Assembly (NCBI GenBank): GCA_965285935.1
Contig: OZ260663.1
Location: forward strand, 64,294,001 to 64,358,000
DNA length: 64,000 nt
Reading direction: 5' to 3'
From: Ophelia neglecta
Taxonomy: Eukaryota
The translations under genes were made by a program, and so were the position numbers. The notes beneath the pieces were generated by a model. The model made no database searches, was not told where the DNA came from, and saw nothing but the letters and a program-made list of their open reading frames with translations. This document shows, in pieces, positions 51,198 to 64,000 of this stretch. Each line of letters begins with the position of its first letter. Position 1 is the stretch's first letter.

Positions 51198-54100
51198 TTG
51201 TGGAACATCAGAATTAATTCTGGAGCTGGGTATTGCCATAAAGGTCTTGTATTAACAAGGAGAGATCAGATTGCAGTTGCAGGATTGTGGCCAATTACTA
51301 TACCATTTCATCCCTGTAATGGCCTTTTGACCCTGTACAATGTTGTCAACCCCCTATAATCATGATTTATTGCCAGTTCCAGGTCCCTTGCCATCCAAAG
51401 CCCTTGTTTCTAATGTTGTGAGTCACTGCCAAAATGCAAGGTGCACTCAACTGGTTTCAAATCACAAATTATGACCGGATGAAAATCAATGGGATTTGAA
51501 CTTAGAGGCAATCGCCAGTTTGGCAAAGCACTTGGTGCAGCTATCCAGCAGATGATGTTGTTCAATAAAACCTGATGATTGCAGCCCACAAGGATGAGCT
51601 GTAGACGCACGCCAACTCTAAATATTTCATGAACTCCTAAAAGCCTTTGCTAACAACAGCACAACATATGGTCTTTTCTCCTTGTGCATAGTTTATGGTT
51701 TCTTGTCTAATCACCAGAGGGACAAAGTAGTATTGGGGGTCTTCTGCATCAGTGGGCAGCAGTTTCACTGTAAAAAGGATGAATGAATGTACAGCATTCT
51801 CGACATTATGCAGTAGAATATGATTATTTGTTGTGCAAGAGTACAGTGCACATTATAAATGTGGGGCAGCCACCAAGCATTGCGACTCATCTGATTTCTG
51901 TTTTCAAGCAAATTAAGATCATCTTAGTGTGTGTGACATGTGGGATCCTACTTATTTGTACCTAGCTAATGATGTAGTGTCTCATTATTCCATCTGAGTT
52001 GTCAGCCACTGGTGTGGAAAATGATCTCTCACATATTAAGATAATAATGACGGTAGATAATCGTGATAAAATCATTACAATTTGCACCTATTCTCACAGG
52101 CAGGTGCTGTGCCTTTCTTTGGCTTAATTCTGGTAATTACTGCTTGCTTCTGCATGTACATGTACAAATGAAATGCAGATGAACATAGTACATCTTAGAT
52201 TATCAGATGTACACCTTCCATTGTGTGATTGTCACCCTCGGTGACATTTTCAATGACATATTCAACGGTTTCCTGGGGTGAGCTCCCGACCTGTCTGTGG
52301 ACAGCAGATACAACAGAGAGGAAGAAATTTCCAGTTGTATATACAGTAGTGAACAGGGCACTGCTGAGAGTGTGGTCCTGAACGCTGGAAAATCACCATC
52401 TCCTCGCAGCTGAGCTTGTTGACATTTGCCCTCCTTATATCAGGATCAAGGGGCTCCAAACCATCCCAGTGACAGCTTATCAATAAAAGAATAAAAATAT
52501 AAAAATACCAGGCGGCGGCCTATTTTTCTATTCTGGGATATCCATAACGGTCCATAACATGTTGATTTTATTATATTGAATTTAGGCACTTTCAATATTG
52601 CCACCAGATCCAATTTCATTGTATTCAAGAATTGATTTCACAATTCCTGGTGGAGGCCTGTTGTACCAACTGGTTCAACAGTGGCAAAAATACAATGTGC
52701 ATTGGAAACAACATTTTCACCCACACTCAGTTTTTTATTGTTTGCTCATGCTGAAATTTGAATAGTTCAATCTGTAATGAAAGGTCGAGGCTAGAAAATA
52801 TCTCAAGCTTATGCTTCCAATATGTTCAGGTATTGGTGCAGCCGGGCATGGTGTTCACCCAGTCACAAACGCATATGACCGCCACTTCTTTGTCCAGTGC
52901 TCGGTGAAGGTGCCGAGAAGTCGTTATCTTTCCTATGGTATAAAAGTAAAATAAGAATTGCTCTTCAACCTTTAACTCAACCAAAATTAAAAACGTTTTC
53001 ACCTGTCATGTTTGTTTTATCATGAAGAATCCTAATCCCATAACATTCTATTTTTATGTAGGATAGTTAAGTGACTGTCAAGCATTGTAAGTGCTGATTT
53101 TAGCCTGTAACCAGTGCTGAGCATGTGGTGTTTTCTCTTAGTGAAGTAGTAGCAAAGCAACCGCAATGACGTAAGTCTGATTGCCAGAATAGGATGTCTT
53201 AATTTCCTTCTTTTTGAAATATGTCCCCATGTACACAACTTTGTACATAATCATGTCAAATACATCTACTTTAATTCCAGCTGATGTTAAAGGTGTCGTG
53301 CTTGTCTGTCTGGCTGTTTATTCCATTGCTGACTTTTAGTGTTAGGAGTTTTGGAGAGCTAGTTATATTATTGTATGTAATTAAGCCCTGATTATATAAA
53401 GCCACTATTTATACCAAACAGATTATAACTGGAGGCCTGTTGATCAATTGCCATCATGAATATGGGAGGCTAATCCTTGTTTGTGCTTAATACTCCTTGA
53501 TAGGAGAGATGGCCTTCATGAAACTACAGCTGATTACTGTTAATGGATAAATGTACAATAGCAAATGGCTGGTCTGTGTGAAGCCTGTGGCTGTAATATT
53601 TGATGTAGCAGAGAAATGTGTCCCTACACATAACAATAATCACCTAATCAGGCTTTCTTTGGCACATTTACACCCTTGCCTGTTCACCTGTTTGCATCGA
53701 CCAATCACTATGCCTGCTCGTGCCGCAGAGAATCGGCAGGTGGCAATGTTTAATCTTTGAGAGTTGTCTGGGTGACGAGGCAGGGTTTAGACCATCAAGA
53801 ATACCTGTCCCATTAGACAAGTCATATTCTCTGTGTGCCCTTTGGCCTGGCCTATGATGTTCATGTCTGTGAGCAAGGCTCTCACCTGGCCTAAGAACGC
53901 TCTTTTACAAATTTACTAACAGACTGATGGCTACCTGGCCAAGTCAGAAAGTTGAATGGATTTAACACTGAGGTCAGCTTAAGTAAATCTCTGTAATCCT
54001 CCAGAGCCTTTATACAAATAATAATTCAAATTTGGTCACCCAACATCAAAGGTTGGATGTTTCACCATATCGAAAAAAATCAATTTTTTATGTGTATCAT

Positions 54101-57100
54101 AAAACCAACTGACACATCAGTGTTCTACACATTGATCATGCCTCTGATTCATGTATTGAACACTAAGTAAACTTTCTTAGTACAATATTTGTACATCTTG
54201 CAGTTGCCTACATTGTGTGCCAGCCAAATTGACAGTCAATGTTTAACTATATCCATCAATGGCTGCTTGGGCTTCTCAGCCACATTATATCAGGAATGAG
54301 GTAAAACTCTCAGCCACATTTTCAAAGAAACTCGTATCTCTTAACCCTTCAGTCCTCACCTACGACATAGCCATTCAATTGTGGCCAACATTAGTCATCT
54401 GATGGCAATTAAGAACCATTTGCAATCTATTTGCTGCTAAAATCCTTCGATTTCTGCTCATTGTCTCTAGCTTTTAGCTCAAATTTAAAATGAAATGGCT
54501 TCAAATATTGATATGAGACAAAAGCTTTTTCATTCAAAGCATATCAAGCATTAATGATGTCATTTATCCATCTTTTTCAAGCGTTCATTGTGGTGTTCTA
54601 CATGGACACCCATCTCAGTGTTAACCTGCTTTGTCCAAATTGCCTGACACTGTTGCATTTCATCCAGATGATCAAACATCAGATTGATGTTTTTTCCATA
54701 TATATTATGGCTGATTTCATATCATAATTCATGCTATAATATCAATTAATCAAATCATATTTTTATCTCTGGTTTTGATTCTCAACTTAGTCACTTGCTG
54801 TGATATCATTGTAACATGTTGCTAGGGAACCCTTTCAATGCAAGTTGTATACATTTAATTAATTCCAACTCATTAGTGTGATCAAAGCTGTTATGCCAGC
54901 AGTAATAATCTTTACCTGGGGTATGATGCCATCACACACGAGCTGGTTACATGATAATGTGCTGATAATCAAGCTAATGAGTTCTGATGAGCTACAGGTG
55001 TGGTTCACCTTACAGGTGGTAATTAGCTAGCTAAGACAATGGCTGTTCCTTCTGACTCGAGGCAGACTGGCAGTTCAGAGAAAAAACTGGATGTGTTATA
55101 TCATTGTATACATGTACATCTGCCTATGAAACAGTTACCCTACAGTGTCCCATTCAAAGCTCCTCAAACAGGACAACAGAGGCGGTAATAGTACTAGCCC
55201 TTGTTTGCTAACAGAGGCACCGCTGTTGGCTGGCAAGGTAAACCAAGTGCAATCAGAGTCTTTGAAGGGCCTCCTGACCTCGCCAGATGACATACAAGGA
55301 CAAAGCCGCCTAAATAGCCCGCTTAGATCCTATTATAATAATTAAAATGAAAAAGGGTGAATTCTGCAGCTAGCCAACTGTGTCTCTTAGTCTTTGTTGT
55401 GATTTCTTGGCAGGGCTGATAATAGTTTGGAGGAAGTTGCATTGAATGGTCAGGAAAGCAGTGCACAAAGCCCGGCCAGTCACTGACCAGACAATGGGGT
55501 GTGTGGCACATGTCCCTGACAACCTTTGCCCCTGTTTTCCCGGCACACGCCCGGCACACTTCTACCCCTTTGTGTGTGTGTACACCTCGCCACATTGTCC
55601 CTAGAACCTGGCTTGTGATTGGCCAAGAGCTCGGCCCGCCTGCACATGGTAGCCAGCTCTCCCACATTAATATTAATGCAGCATGAAGGACAGAGAATCA
55701 GATAAACAGAGTGAAGCAATCACTACATAGAAGGGAGAGTAGGGCGGCAGACGGAGATAGTAACACTGTTTGGATTCTATCCGTCCATTGTACATAGTCC
55801 TGACAGGAGCACTTGTTTTTCTACATAACGGACACTCAAAAGGCACGGAGATGAAAATGGTCGGAGGTAGGTTATCCTGTTATTGTTGGCAATTGCGACT
55901 GTACAGCCTCCAATATGCCAGGGTTGCTGGTGCTGCTTCAGTCCTCTATTGAGCCTCTGATTGCATGTCGTCTGCATGAGCAGCTTTGTTAGCAATAGCT
56001 TTACCATAACATTATCTGTGTCCCATATGCCACTAGAGAAACAGGCATGGGGGTGGAACGGCTCATGGCAACATTTAAAACAAGATTATATGAGCTTTTC
56101 TGAGTATTGAACAGGAGGGTTGGTATTGACAGTTGTTTGTGGCCAGTGTGTGACCTCTGGTTGGATCCAGAGCGGAGTAAGCAGCCATCTGCCACTGTCT
56201 GTGTACAGGCAGACTTCCTGGCAGAATGTGTAAGTAGGCCATGCAGTGCCTAGGACACAGTGTGGCCATTGAGCTAGGAGTCAGGCCTGTACAATGACAG
56301 TGCCAGGAATACTGGGGATACTAGGCAGGATAGACTCAGCTGCCAGTCTGCTGTCTGTCTGTATCTAGGGTCTGTCTGTACATTATGGTCTGAGATACAT
56401 GTGCAAGGGGTGCTATAATTATACCAGCCTCTAATCACAGGCTGTAAAGCTTAGTGATTACATGGGACAGTGTTCCGTAATGGCACCTGACCCTTCTTTG
56501 TCAGCAGCAAAATTGGGTATTATTCTGGCCTGATCAGCATTCAGGGAAGGGCACCCTGTGAAAGCCAGCATTTTAATGCACTGCTCTCCATTAAATGAAT
56601 CGGTGGGCATATCAGCCTGGCACAGCAGTTGCAATGAAGGGGCTTAAAAGAAAAATGGACAAAAAGCTTGATCTATGGGGCCCCTCTGAGTTGCATGTAT
56701 CATTAATCTTCTCCTGGTTGTAAGCTGGTGATGTGTCATAAATTCTGGTATTGAGAGCTTCTAGGAAATATTCCTCAAGCATGTGCTGGGCTTTACACTA
56801 CCCCCAGTCTGAGCTCCCTCTAGACCCTAAGACTTCTGTCTCGAGTAGGGGGCTTGCCTATGGTGGGCAAGACATGTATATGGGAGGCCTTATGATGATA
56901 CAGGACAGGTCCAGCCCCATATCAGCATTCTGTGCATGTCCCCCATCACTGTCAGCTAATATAATCTGCTGACTTGCAGACTGATCCACAGTGATCATGC
57001 AGAGCAGCAGATAAAGAAAACTACCCCTCCTCCCCACACTTCCAGCCATGAATTATGCATCAACAGGAAATTTGGTCAGCATTTTAGAATGTGATAATTG

Positions 57101-60100
57101 GACATAAGAGAGGCAGAAAGAATGGATTTTAGCAAGCTAATTGAGAAGATGGCTGCTCTGTGGGTTTCATCAACTGCTAGCTTTCTTGGAGTTGACTATT
57201 TATAGTGTTGTAATCAGCATCGGTATCGGGAGTGTGCCGCACACTGTCATGTGTAGTGCTTCTAGGAGTGACAGATGGAGTTGGTAACACAGGCTCTGGT
57301 TACACTTGAGAAACTCTGGCAAGTCCCTGTAGGCAAGACCCGGTTGTGTGGCATCTACCAGTAACATTGTACATGACTTGTCTGAAATTCAGATCCCCCC
57401 TCCTCTCAGGGTAACTTGAAACCTAGACACTGTCACACCATGTTGACTTAGGCTAAAGATGACACAGTGCCTTTCTACCTGTGTCAATTTACAGCTAAAA
57501 CAGACCATTACTGATGTAGGTGAACTGATCAGGTTTGTTCTGCCTCCATCTGGGGGTGTTTAAGGATATCACCATATGGCTGCACCGAATGCGTATTTAT
57601 GCTAGATAGAGCTACTTAACACCATTATCTAACCAAATAAAAGTACAATTAATAATACATGTAAAGCCACATGACTAGCAGTAATTTTTCGGACGGACAG
57701 AAGAACCTGTTAATAATCTGGCTATAAGAGCTGTTCATTCTTTCTTTGGTCTGACCGTTAAATCATCTCATCTATGACTGTTGCCTCAAGACATTATCAC
57801 TGACACAACACATAATACACCTTACGCAACCTGCCATGCACTCAACAAAGCCAACGCCTGCGAAATGGGATTTCCTTTTATAGACTCCCAATAATTATGA
57901 GAAGAATCCACTAAAATGCATGAATAATTGCAATTTGGCATTGTACTATTTATGTGTTGCATTGACAGAAACTCGTATTTTGACTGCATATTGGATGGGA
58001 TAATTTAATAAGTCACACTGTTTCCCATGGGGGACTGTGCAGGGTCTTGGTTGGCCATGACAAATTCCCCATCCCTTGGGTCCATATGGACATAGAGTGC
58101 TCCTCTGTCAGCCAATACTGAATTTTGCTCTCTCATGAATCTCTAAAATAGTTGTAGCAGGAAAATAGAAGTCTCAGAAAAGAGAACATTACTGCCATCT
58201 GATACCACCAAAGACAGAAGTTACTGTGGAGCAATCGCTTCTTGTTTCTGAAAAGACTAATATGGCGTCTGTAAACTGATCGCTAATCAAAGCCGCTGTT
58301 TCATATCAGAAACAGAAGAATGTGATTATGATATTGAGATGGGCTTAAGGATAAAACAATACTAAGCATAATCTTGAGTATTCACAGAGGAATAAAACAG
58401 AAAGTATGTGTTGTTCGTCCAACACTGAAGCCTCATTACTTTGGATGTATAATGCATTAGCAGAGTAGCTTGAGTCCCCTCGCTCATTGTTCACTATGGG
58501 AGGGCCTGCAGCGAGATTAAACTCCCCTCTGGACCATACTGCCCATCTTTCTATTTCAGGAGCATTAAATGCCTTTATTGCCAGGCAGTTCATTTAATTT
58601 TAATGGAGCCATTACTGGGAAATGGTGATCTGGCCTAAGGCTCAGGCGATTTGTTGGCAGGAGGCCCCTGACCTCCCACATAGTTTACCTGCAGCATACA
58701 CCATACACCGCCAAAAGTTCACCAGAAATCTGGTTTGGTGGAAACTTAATAATTGTTTTCTAACAGATCAGTTTTGTCAGGCCATGTGCTGAGAATTTCT
58801 TGGTATTTCTTTTTTACAAGAAATAACAACTGCTGCTTTACAGTCAGATGTGTTGGCTGTGATAATTAAGCTGTAATCTTGAGAATTCCTTCAATCAATG
58901 CCATCAATATTATCAACAAATACCTGGCTATCACTCTGAGACTGGTAGAATTACCTGTCTTAGACAAGTCTCTGTGTGATGCTGTGGGAGAAACATGAAC
59001 ATGTATAGGATAATCTGAAAATTATCTCATGTGGATTGGGCAGGTATCGGCTTTATCTGGGTGATGAGGTATGAGCTGAAACAAAGCCCCTTGATGTTGT
59101 TAAGGTATCAGATGAGCTGCTGAGTGCCTTCTTAGTGTAGTAATCATACCTGGGCCAAGGTGCTCCATCTTTCCTGGGTTTTTCGAGCTTGTCCCAGCTT
59201 TTCACAGTTTGGGCCAGTCTTGCAGAGACTAGCTTCGGGCAGATCAATTCTTACTGGTACAGATTAAACAGATGCATGACCCTTGTCCATGGCAGAAGGC
59301 ACTGACAGGGGGTGGACCAATGCCAGGAGCAGATAAGAGAAATATTTACAAATCCTCAGCAGTCTAAACACTGGCCTTTGCCACCATTGATGCCTTGTTA
59401 TGATGCCTGTGCTAATACTGCCAGCTTTGTATATTGTTACTCTTCCTTGGCACTGGCTTACTTCTTGGAATTTTCTCTGAAAATAATGTCCCAAGTAGCA
59501 CTTGTATAATGTGACGTAATAGCTCAGCACCTATAAAACAACTCTCAGGAGACTGAGGAGTACAGTCAAGTAGGTTTGCCAGGAGACTTTAACTCAAGTG
59601 GCCATGTATTATTCTCAAGTGTCTGACCTTTCCTTTATTTTATAAAGATATTTCTTTCTGGGTATATGCTGTATTTTAGCAGTACATGTACCTTCACATC
59701 AAAGGCCTCTTCAATGCATTTAGTTCTATTTTTTTTTTATTGGAAATACTTAATTCTGTGCCATAGAAACCATGTACATCCATCCAGAAACTTGCAGCAC
59801 AAAACACCATGCCTGCATGTGTATGTGTTACAAACATTCTGCATCTAATTAATAATGAATAATGGGGACAAGATATATCTTGACTGTAAATCATTGACTT
59901 TTGTTCATTCCTTCTCTCAGGTTCATCCTCGCCTGCCCTCTAAGAAGAATTTTTATTTTACTTTCTAAAGAGAAGACAAATTCCAAGACAGATGCTAGTG
60001 CACTTGTCTATTGCTGTTTGAGTGTTGAGGAGAAGTTATATATATATTACCAGAGATAAGATAATGCTATTTGTTTTTCTACCTTCAGTACATTAGCAGC

Positions 60101-60173
60101 TATAACTGTCTGGTTTCTGGGGACTGGTGTTTGTCTTTGTTAGTGTCTGGGGGAAGGGCGAAAGATGGGGGAA

Positions 60174-60435
60174 AGTCTACTGAGCTTGTCCTCCTTGCTA
60201 GATCCCCTCGCCTACATGGAAGGGGGGGGGGGGTTTATAGAAGGCCTCGGGACCTGTCTTAGCCAGGCTGGGGATGTGAGATAGTCTAGTGAGCTTGTCC
60301 TCCCTGCTAGATCCCCTCACCTACAAGGAGGGGGGGGGGGGGTTACAAAAGGCCTAAGGAGCTGTCTTAGCCAGGCTGGGGATGAGAGATAGTCTACTGA
60401 GCTTGTCCTCTCTGGTAGATCACCTCACCTACAAG
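60174..60435. repeat. 108-109 bp tandem repeat, about 2.4 copies, each full unit containing a G12-13 run
   Basis: Units start agtcta at 60174, 60283 and 60391. Confidence 0.92.
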
Positions 60436-62606
60436 TCTATGGAGTTATCTCTTGACCTTAACCCAAACATTTGCTGGTCCCTAGACTGGCCTTGGGGACC
60501 AGGCATTTTGATAAACCCCTCCACTACAGTCAGTAGAGAGTGGCCTGAATTTGGGTGGTTGCCAGGACAACTGCCTGGAATTTAAGAGTGGTCATGTGAC
60601 ATGTCCTTTAAGAATCTCTGCCTTCAACCAGCCTTCAGTACAAACCCCTTCACAAGCCTACCTTTGACATCAAGAACTTTTTTTTTTCATTTTTAGATTT
60701 AAGCAACCGATATTCGTGGTTCTTGGAAGGCTTGTAAAAAATTCAATTGAACATGTACATGTATGATTATAATGAAGGTTGAGAGTAAGAGCTTGAGTTG
60801 ACAAGGCCCATCTGGGATGCTCAAAATTTACAGTAAAACTGTTTGGCAAAACGTAGGAGTTGCATGTCTATTGAAAGTAAAGTGTGTTTGGAAGGAGGAG
60901 AAACTTGGCACTAGGGCCATCAGGGAAGGTAGTCTTCCCAATTAATCAGCAGACTACCCAAAAAACTCTAGACTAAATGATCATAATGTTTTCAGCCCAT
61001 TACCGGAATACATGCTCATGTCATTCAATATCAGACCAATCAATTTTTCTTAAAGCCACAGTAGACACTTACCACTATACACATATGACAAAATGAAATA
61101 ATCAAATCCTGTGTGAGTTTGATGCAAGATTTAGATGAACCAAAAAATTGGGTGTTAATTAATATTCTTTTAGATGAATACAAATCTCCCAAGTGGTGAT
61201 GATAAACGTATACCTATAGTGAGAGTGTATATATTATTTACCAGGCAAGACCTACTAGTACCCTGAAACATAAAATAGAGCATTGATGGTTTTACCATGA
61301 CAGTCCCTAGACAAAATCTCTGGATGAGTGGTGGCTGGCGTTCCACTTGAGTTGGGTGTCATTTAACACGCTTAGTGAGTCTGTAATTTAGATCAATCGT
61401 CCAGGTACGTTGGACCAGAGAGCCACCTGCCCATATTCTTAAGGTGCTCAAATAAAATGTCAACAAAGCAAAGATCAAAGCAGTATAAGCAAGCAAGAGG
61501 TGACCGTCTGCCTTGAATCAAAGATTATGGTTGAAAATTGATGGGAACTGAGGTCTAATTGCTGTGAACCTGGCTCACCACACTAGCTTGGTTGGTGCCT
61601 AAACTGCTGCCAGAAAAAGTTCATCAAATTGAAATGGAATGGCCGGTCCATGCAAGTCACGCCCTTTTCTATAAAACTTGACACTTCATTGATTGTTTGC
61701 TGATCCATGGGATTGTCGTTTGTTTTATGCACATGTACTCAACAGGCTGATGTAGACAGCAGTTATAATACATTGTCTAGGAAGCACTAATACACACAAA
61801 AAGACAAATTCTACGGAATCCTTATCAGATATTATTACATGGCCATAATTTATTTGGCATTTATATTAAGTTTTGTTTGGCTGATATACAACATTCTGAG
61901 GGCTGAAGCATAAGGCAGACAAAGGGATACCAGCCCAGGCTGATATTACTATTTCTAGTATAACTAAAAACGTTGCTGAGATTGCAACTGAAGCTAGCAC
62001 AATATTGGTATTAGTGCCCTTGTTGATGACAGCCCACCCTGAATCCAAAGAAGTGGATGACAGGAGGTGCTAATATCCATACCGCCTTTAGGATTTAGAC
62101 TTGTCCTTTAAACTCACTAAAATCAGCTTCTTATGAGCTTTGTTGCCTCGTGCTAAACAAATGGGTACCAAGTTGAGGGAAGTAATACTGGTAATCAAAC
62201 TGAAGCCTATTGTTTTTGTTTTGTTTTTCTGTATCAAAGCAATTTTCATGAAAGATATTCATGATATTGTGAAATCAAATTAAGCGGTTACACATATCAT
62301 AATTTTTTTATTGCTACCTGAAATATATAATTGGAAAATCCTTATTTTGATAACAAAATATTCTAGAATATTTTTAATGGATATGATAGTATCTGCAAGG
62401 AAACAAAAATCAGTAAAAAGAAGAATAGATAATATATGTTAACCTAATAACCATAATATTAAATAAGTAAAAAACTATCAATCTGAAAGGTTTATCAAAT
62501 ATTGATGGGTTCCACAATATCAGATTAAAAATTTATTATTCATATGTTAATTTTTAATAAATACCTTTCAACTTGAGGCTAATAGACCTTTTTTGTTTTG
62601 CTTCAG

Positions 62607-62735
62607 AGGACAGAAAGTTGTTTGTGGGCATGCTGAATAAGCAACAAACAGAAGATGATGTCAGACAACTCTTTCAGCCCTTTGGTTCTATAGAAGAATG
62701 CACCATCCTCCGGGATCAAAATGGAAACAGCAAAG
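62607..62735 (+). CDS. CELF4: CELF3-6 / Bruno-like RNA-binding protein, internal coding exon (N-terminal half of RRM2 including RNP2 LFVGML), 129 nt
   Basis: Acceptor cttttttgttttgcttcag|AG. The final G of the previous exon plus AG gives GAG (E), then [42 protein letters not shown]+G. Donor AAAG|gtaagt. The frame is continuous with exon 42387-42435. Confidence 0.97.
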
Positions 62736-64000
62736 GTAAGTGCCTACTAAATAAGTATTCAACTCCAATTCCAATGACATTATCTTAAGTCTAGATTTAG
62801 TTTTCAAATTTTTAGTTTGTTTTTGTTGTGGTTATTTCACTGTCATTTATAATAAAATTTGTTTTTGTTGGAATAAAAATTGTCTGTCATAAAACAAGCC
62901 TAAATATTCAATTTATTTGAATATCAATTAATGGTACCTGTATGACATCAAACAAACCATAAACTCCTGACAACACACAAAAATGGGCAGACTTTTGACC
63001 CACTTTATCCAACAAAATTGCAGGTTAATACGGCAGAGCTTTTTTTCTTCACAATCAGTAGTAAAAAGAGTCCTAGTGACATGCAGGTAAATGCTTTCAT
63101 GGCATTGAAAACACCCATATGCTCAGATGCTAATTAAGTGGTTGACACATATGACCATGAGAACAAATCTGGGAATTATGTGATACAGTTACACTGATAA
63201 AATCATTTATTGAACTGAAATTTTTAACTAAGAGAAGTAATGAAACATCAAGAAATTGATTACTGCATTTTTTTTCTGCATGGCTGTTAAGTATTCTATG
63301 CCTGTTAGCAATATTGTAACTGGACTCGCACAGTGAAAATAGTCCTTAGTAAATAGTCCTTAGGTAGTGCTCTCTCTCTCCCTTGTAGATTGTTTGATAA
63401 TTGTGTTTCTGCATAAAATCTCTTGATTCGCTTCCAGTCTGCCTTTATAGCTCCCTTGCATCCCCAAGTGGAGAAAATCTGAAAGTATAATTACATCTAC
63501 CCCTTGATTACTTTCTCGCATGAAGACTATGAAATTATGCAGTTGGAATACGGAATCAAAGAAACTAAGTTTATTACATTTCTTCGATCAAGTTCCCTGT
63601 GCCCAATATTGTTCATTAATAACTATACAAATTGGAATATTTGCTCTATCAGTGAAATTTGCCAACACTTGCACAACTGGGGTGGAAATGTAGTGGGGAA
63701 CTGTTGGCACTAAAGGCATTAAATGTGAATATTTGTGGCTGTAAGGGCCTCGTGATAGCATTTTCTACCTCCTATTGTTGGTATTTAGAAACTGCCTTAT
63801 TGAATCTTGCTTGGAAATGATGCAAAAAGTGCCACCTGTCATCTCATATCCTCTCCCTCAAGTTGTCAGAAAGTGATAATCATGCAAGAAAATAGGCAAT
63901 TTACAGGCAGAATGAGAGGGGATGTTATATCAATATGATGCTGATACTGCTGAGCTAATGAAGCTGGCTTTTGTTTAGATATCATACACTGTACAATGTC
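62736..64000 (+). other. 5' part of the next CELF intron
   Basis: Begins gtaagt. The next exon (expected CAFVKF...) is not seen before the window ends. Confidence 0.85.

Larger units (their letters stand above)
42436..62606 (+). other. 20,171-nt phase-1 GT-AG intron of the CELF gene
   Basis: Begins gtagga and ends ttcag; joining the flanking exons restores ...ESRA-E-DRKLF... Confidence 0.92.

Overview
This is AT-rich, CpG-depleted animal DNA, probably from a lophotrochozoan such as a mollusc. That assignment is an inference from the CELF peptide, the Helentron/pearl-type repeats and the strong excess of TACATGTA. The whole 64 kb appears to lie inside one + strand gene of the CELF3-6 (Bruno-like / bru-3 / unc-75) family of neural RNA-binding proteins. 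Only two constitutive coding exons are visible. Exon 42387-42435 (49 nt, MNRPIQVKPADSESRA) encodes the end of RRM1 and the linker. Exon 62607-62735 (129 nt, [43 protein letters not shown]) encodes the start of RRM2. They join in frame across a 20,171-nt phase-1 intron, and the upstream intron is longer than 42 kb. Nearly all other ORFs in the track look spurious. The introns hold two 5'-truncated LINE ends, a TA-flanked MITE, Helentron-associated (HINE/pearl-like) elements, several minisatellites, sense-strand G-tracts and CpG-retaining, motif-dense islands. The most interesting unexplained signal is a set of strong intronic splice sites: a textbook recursive-splicing (AG|GT ratchet) site with a stop-containing RS-exon at 11469/11470, a dual-donor 18-nt/62-nt microexon/poison exon at 25072, a 19-nt microexon preceded by a YCAY cluster at 41191, and an in-frame alternative donor that would extend the RRM1-RRM2 linker. 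All of these are predictions from sequence alone and need RNA evidence.
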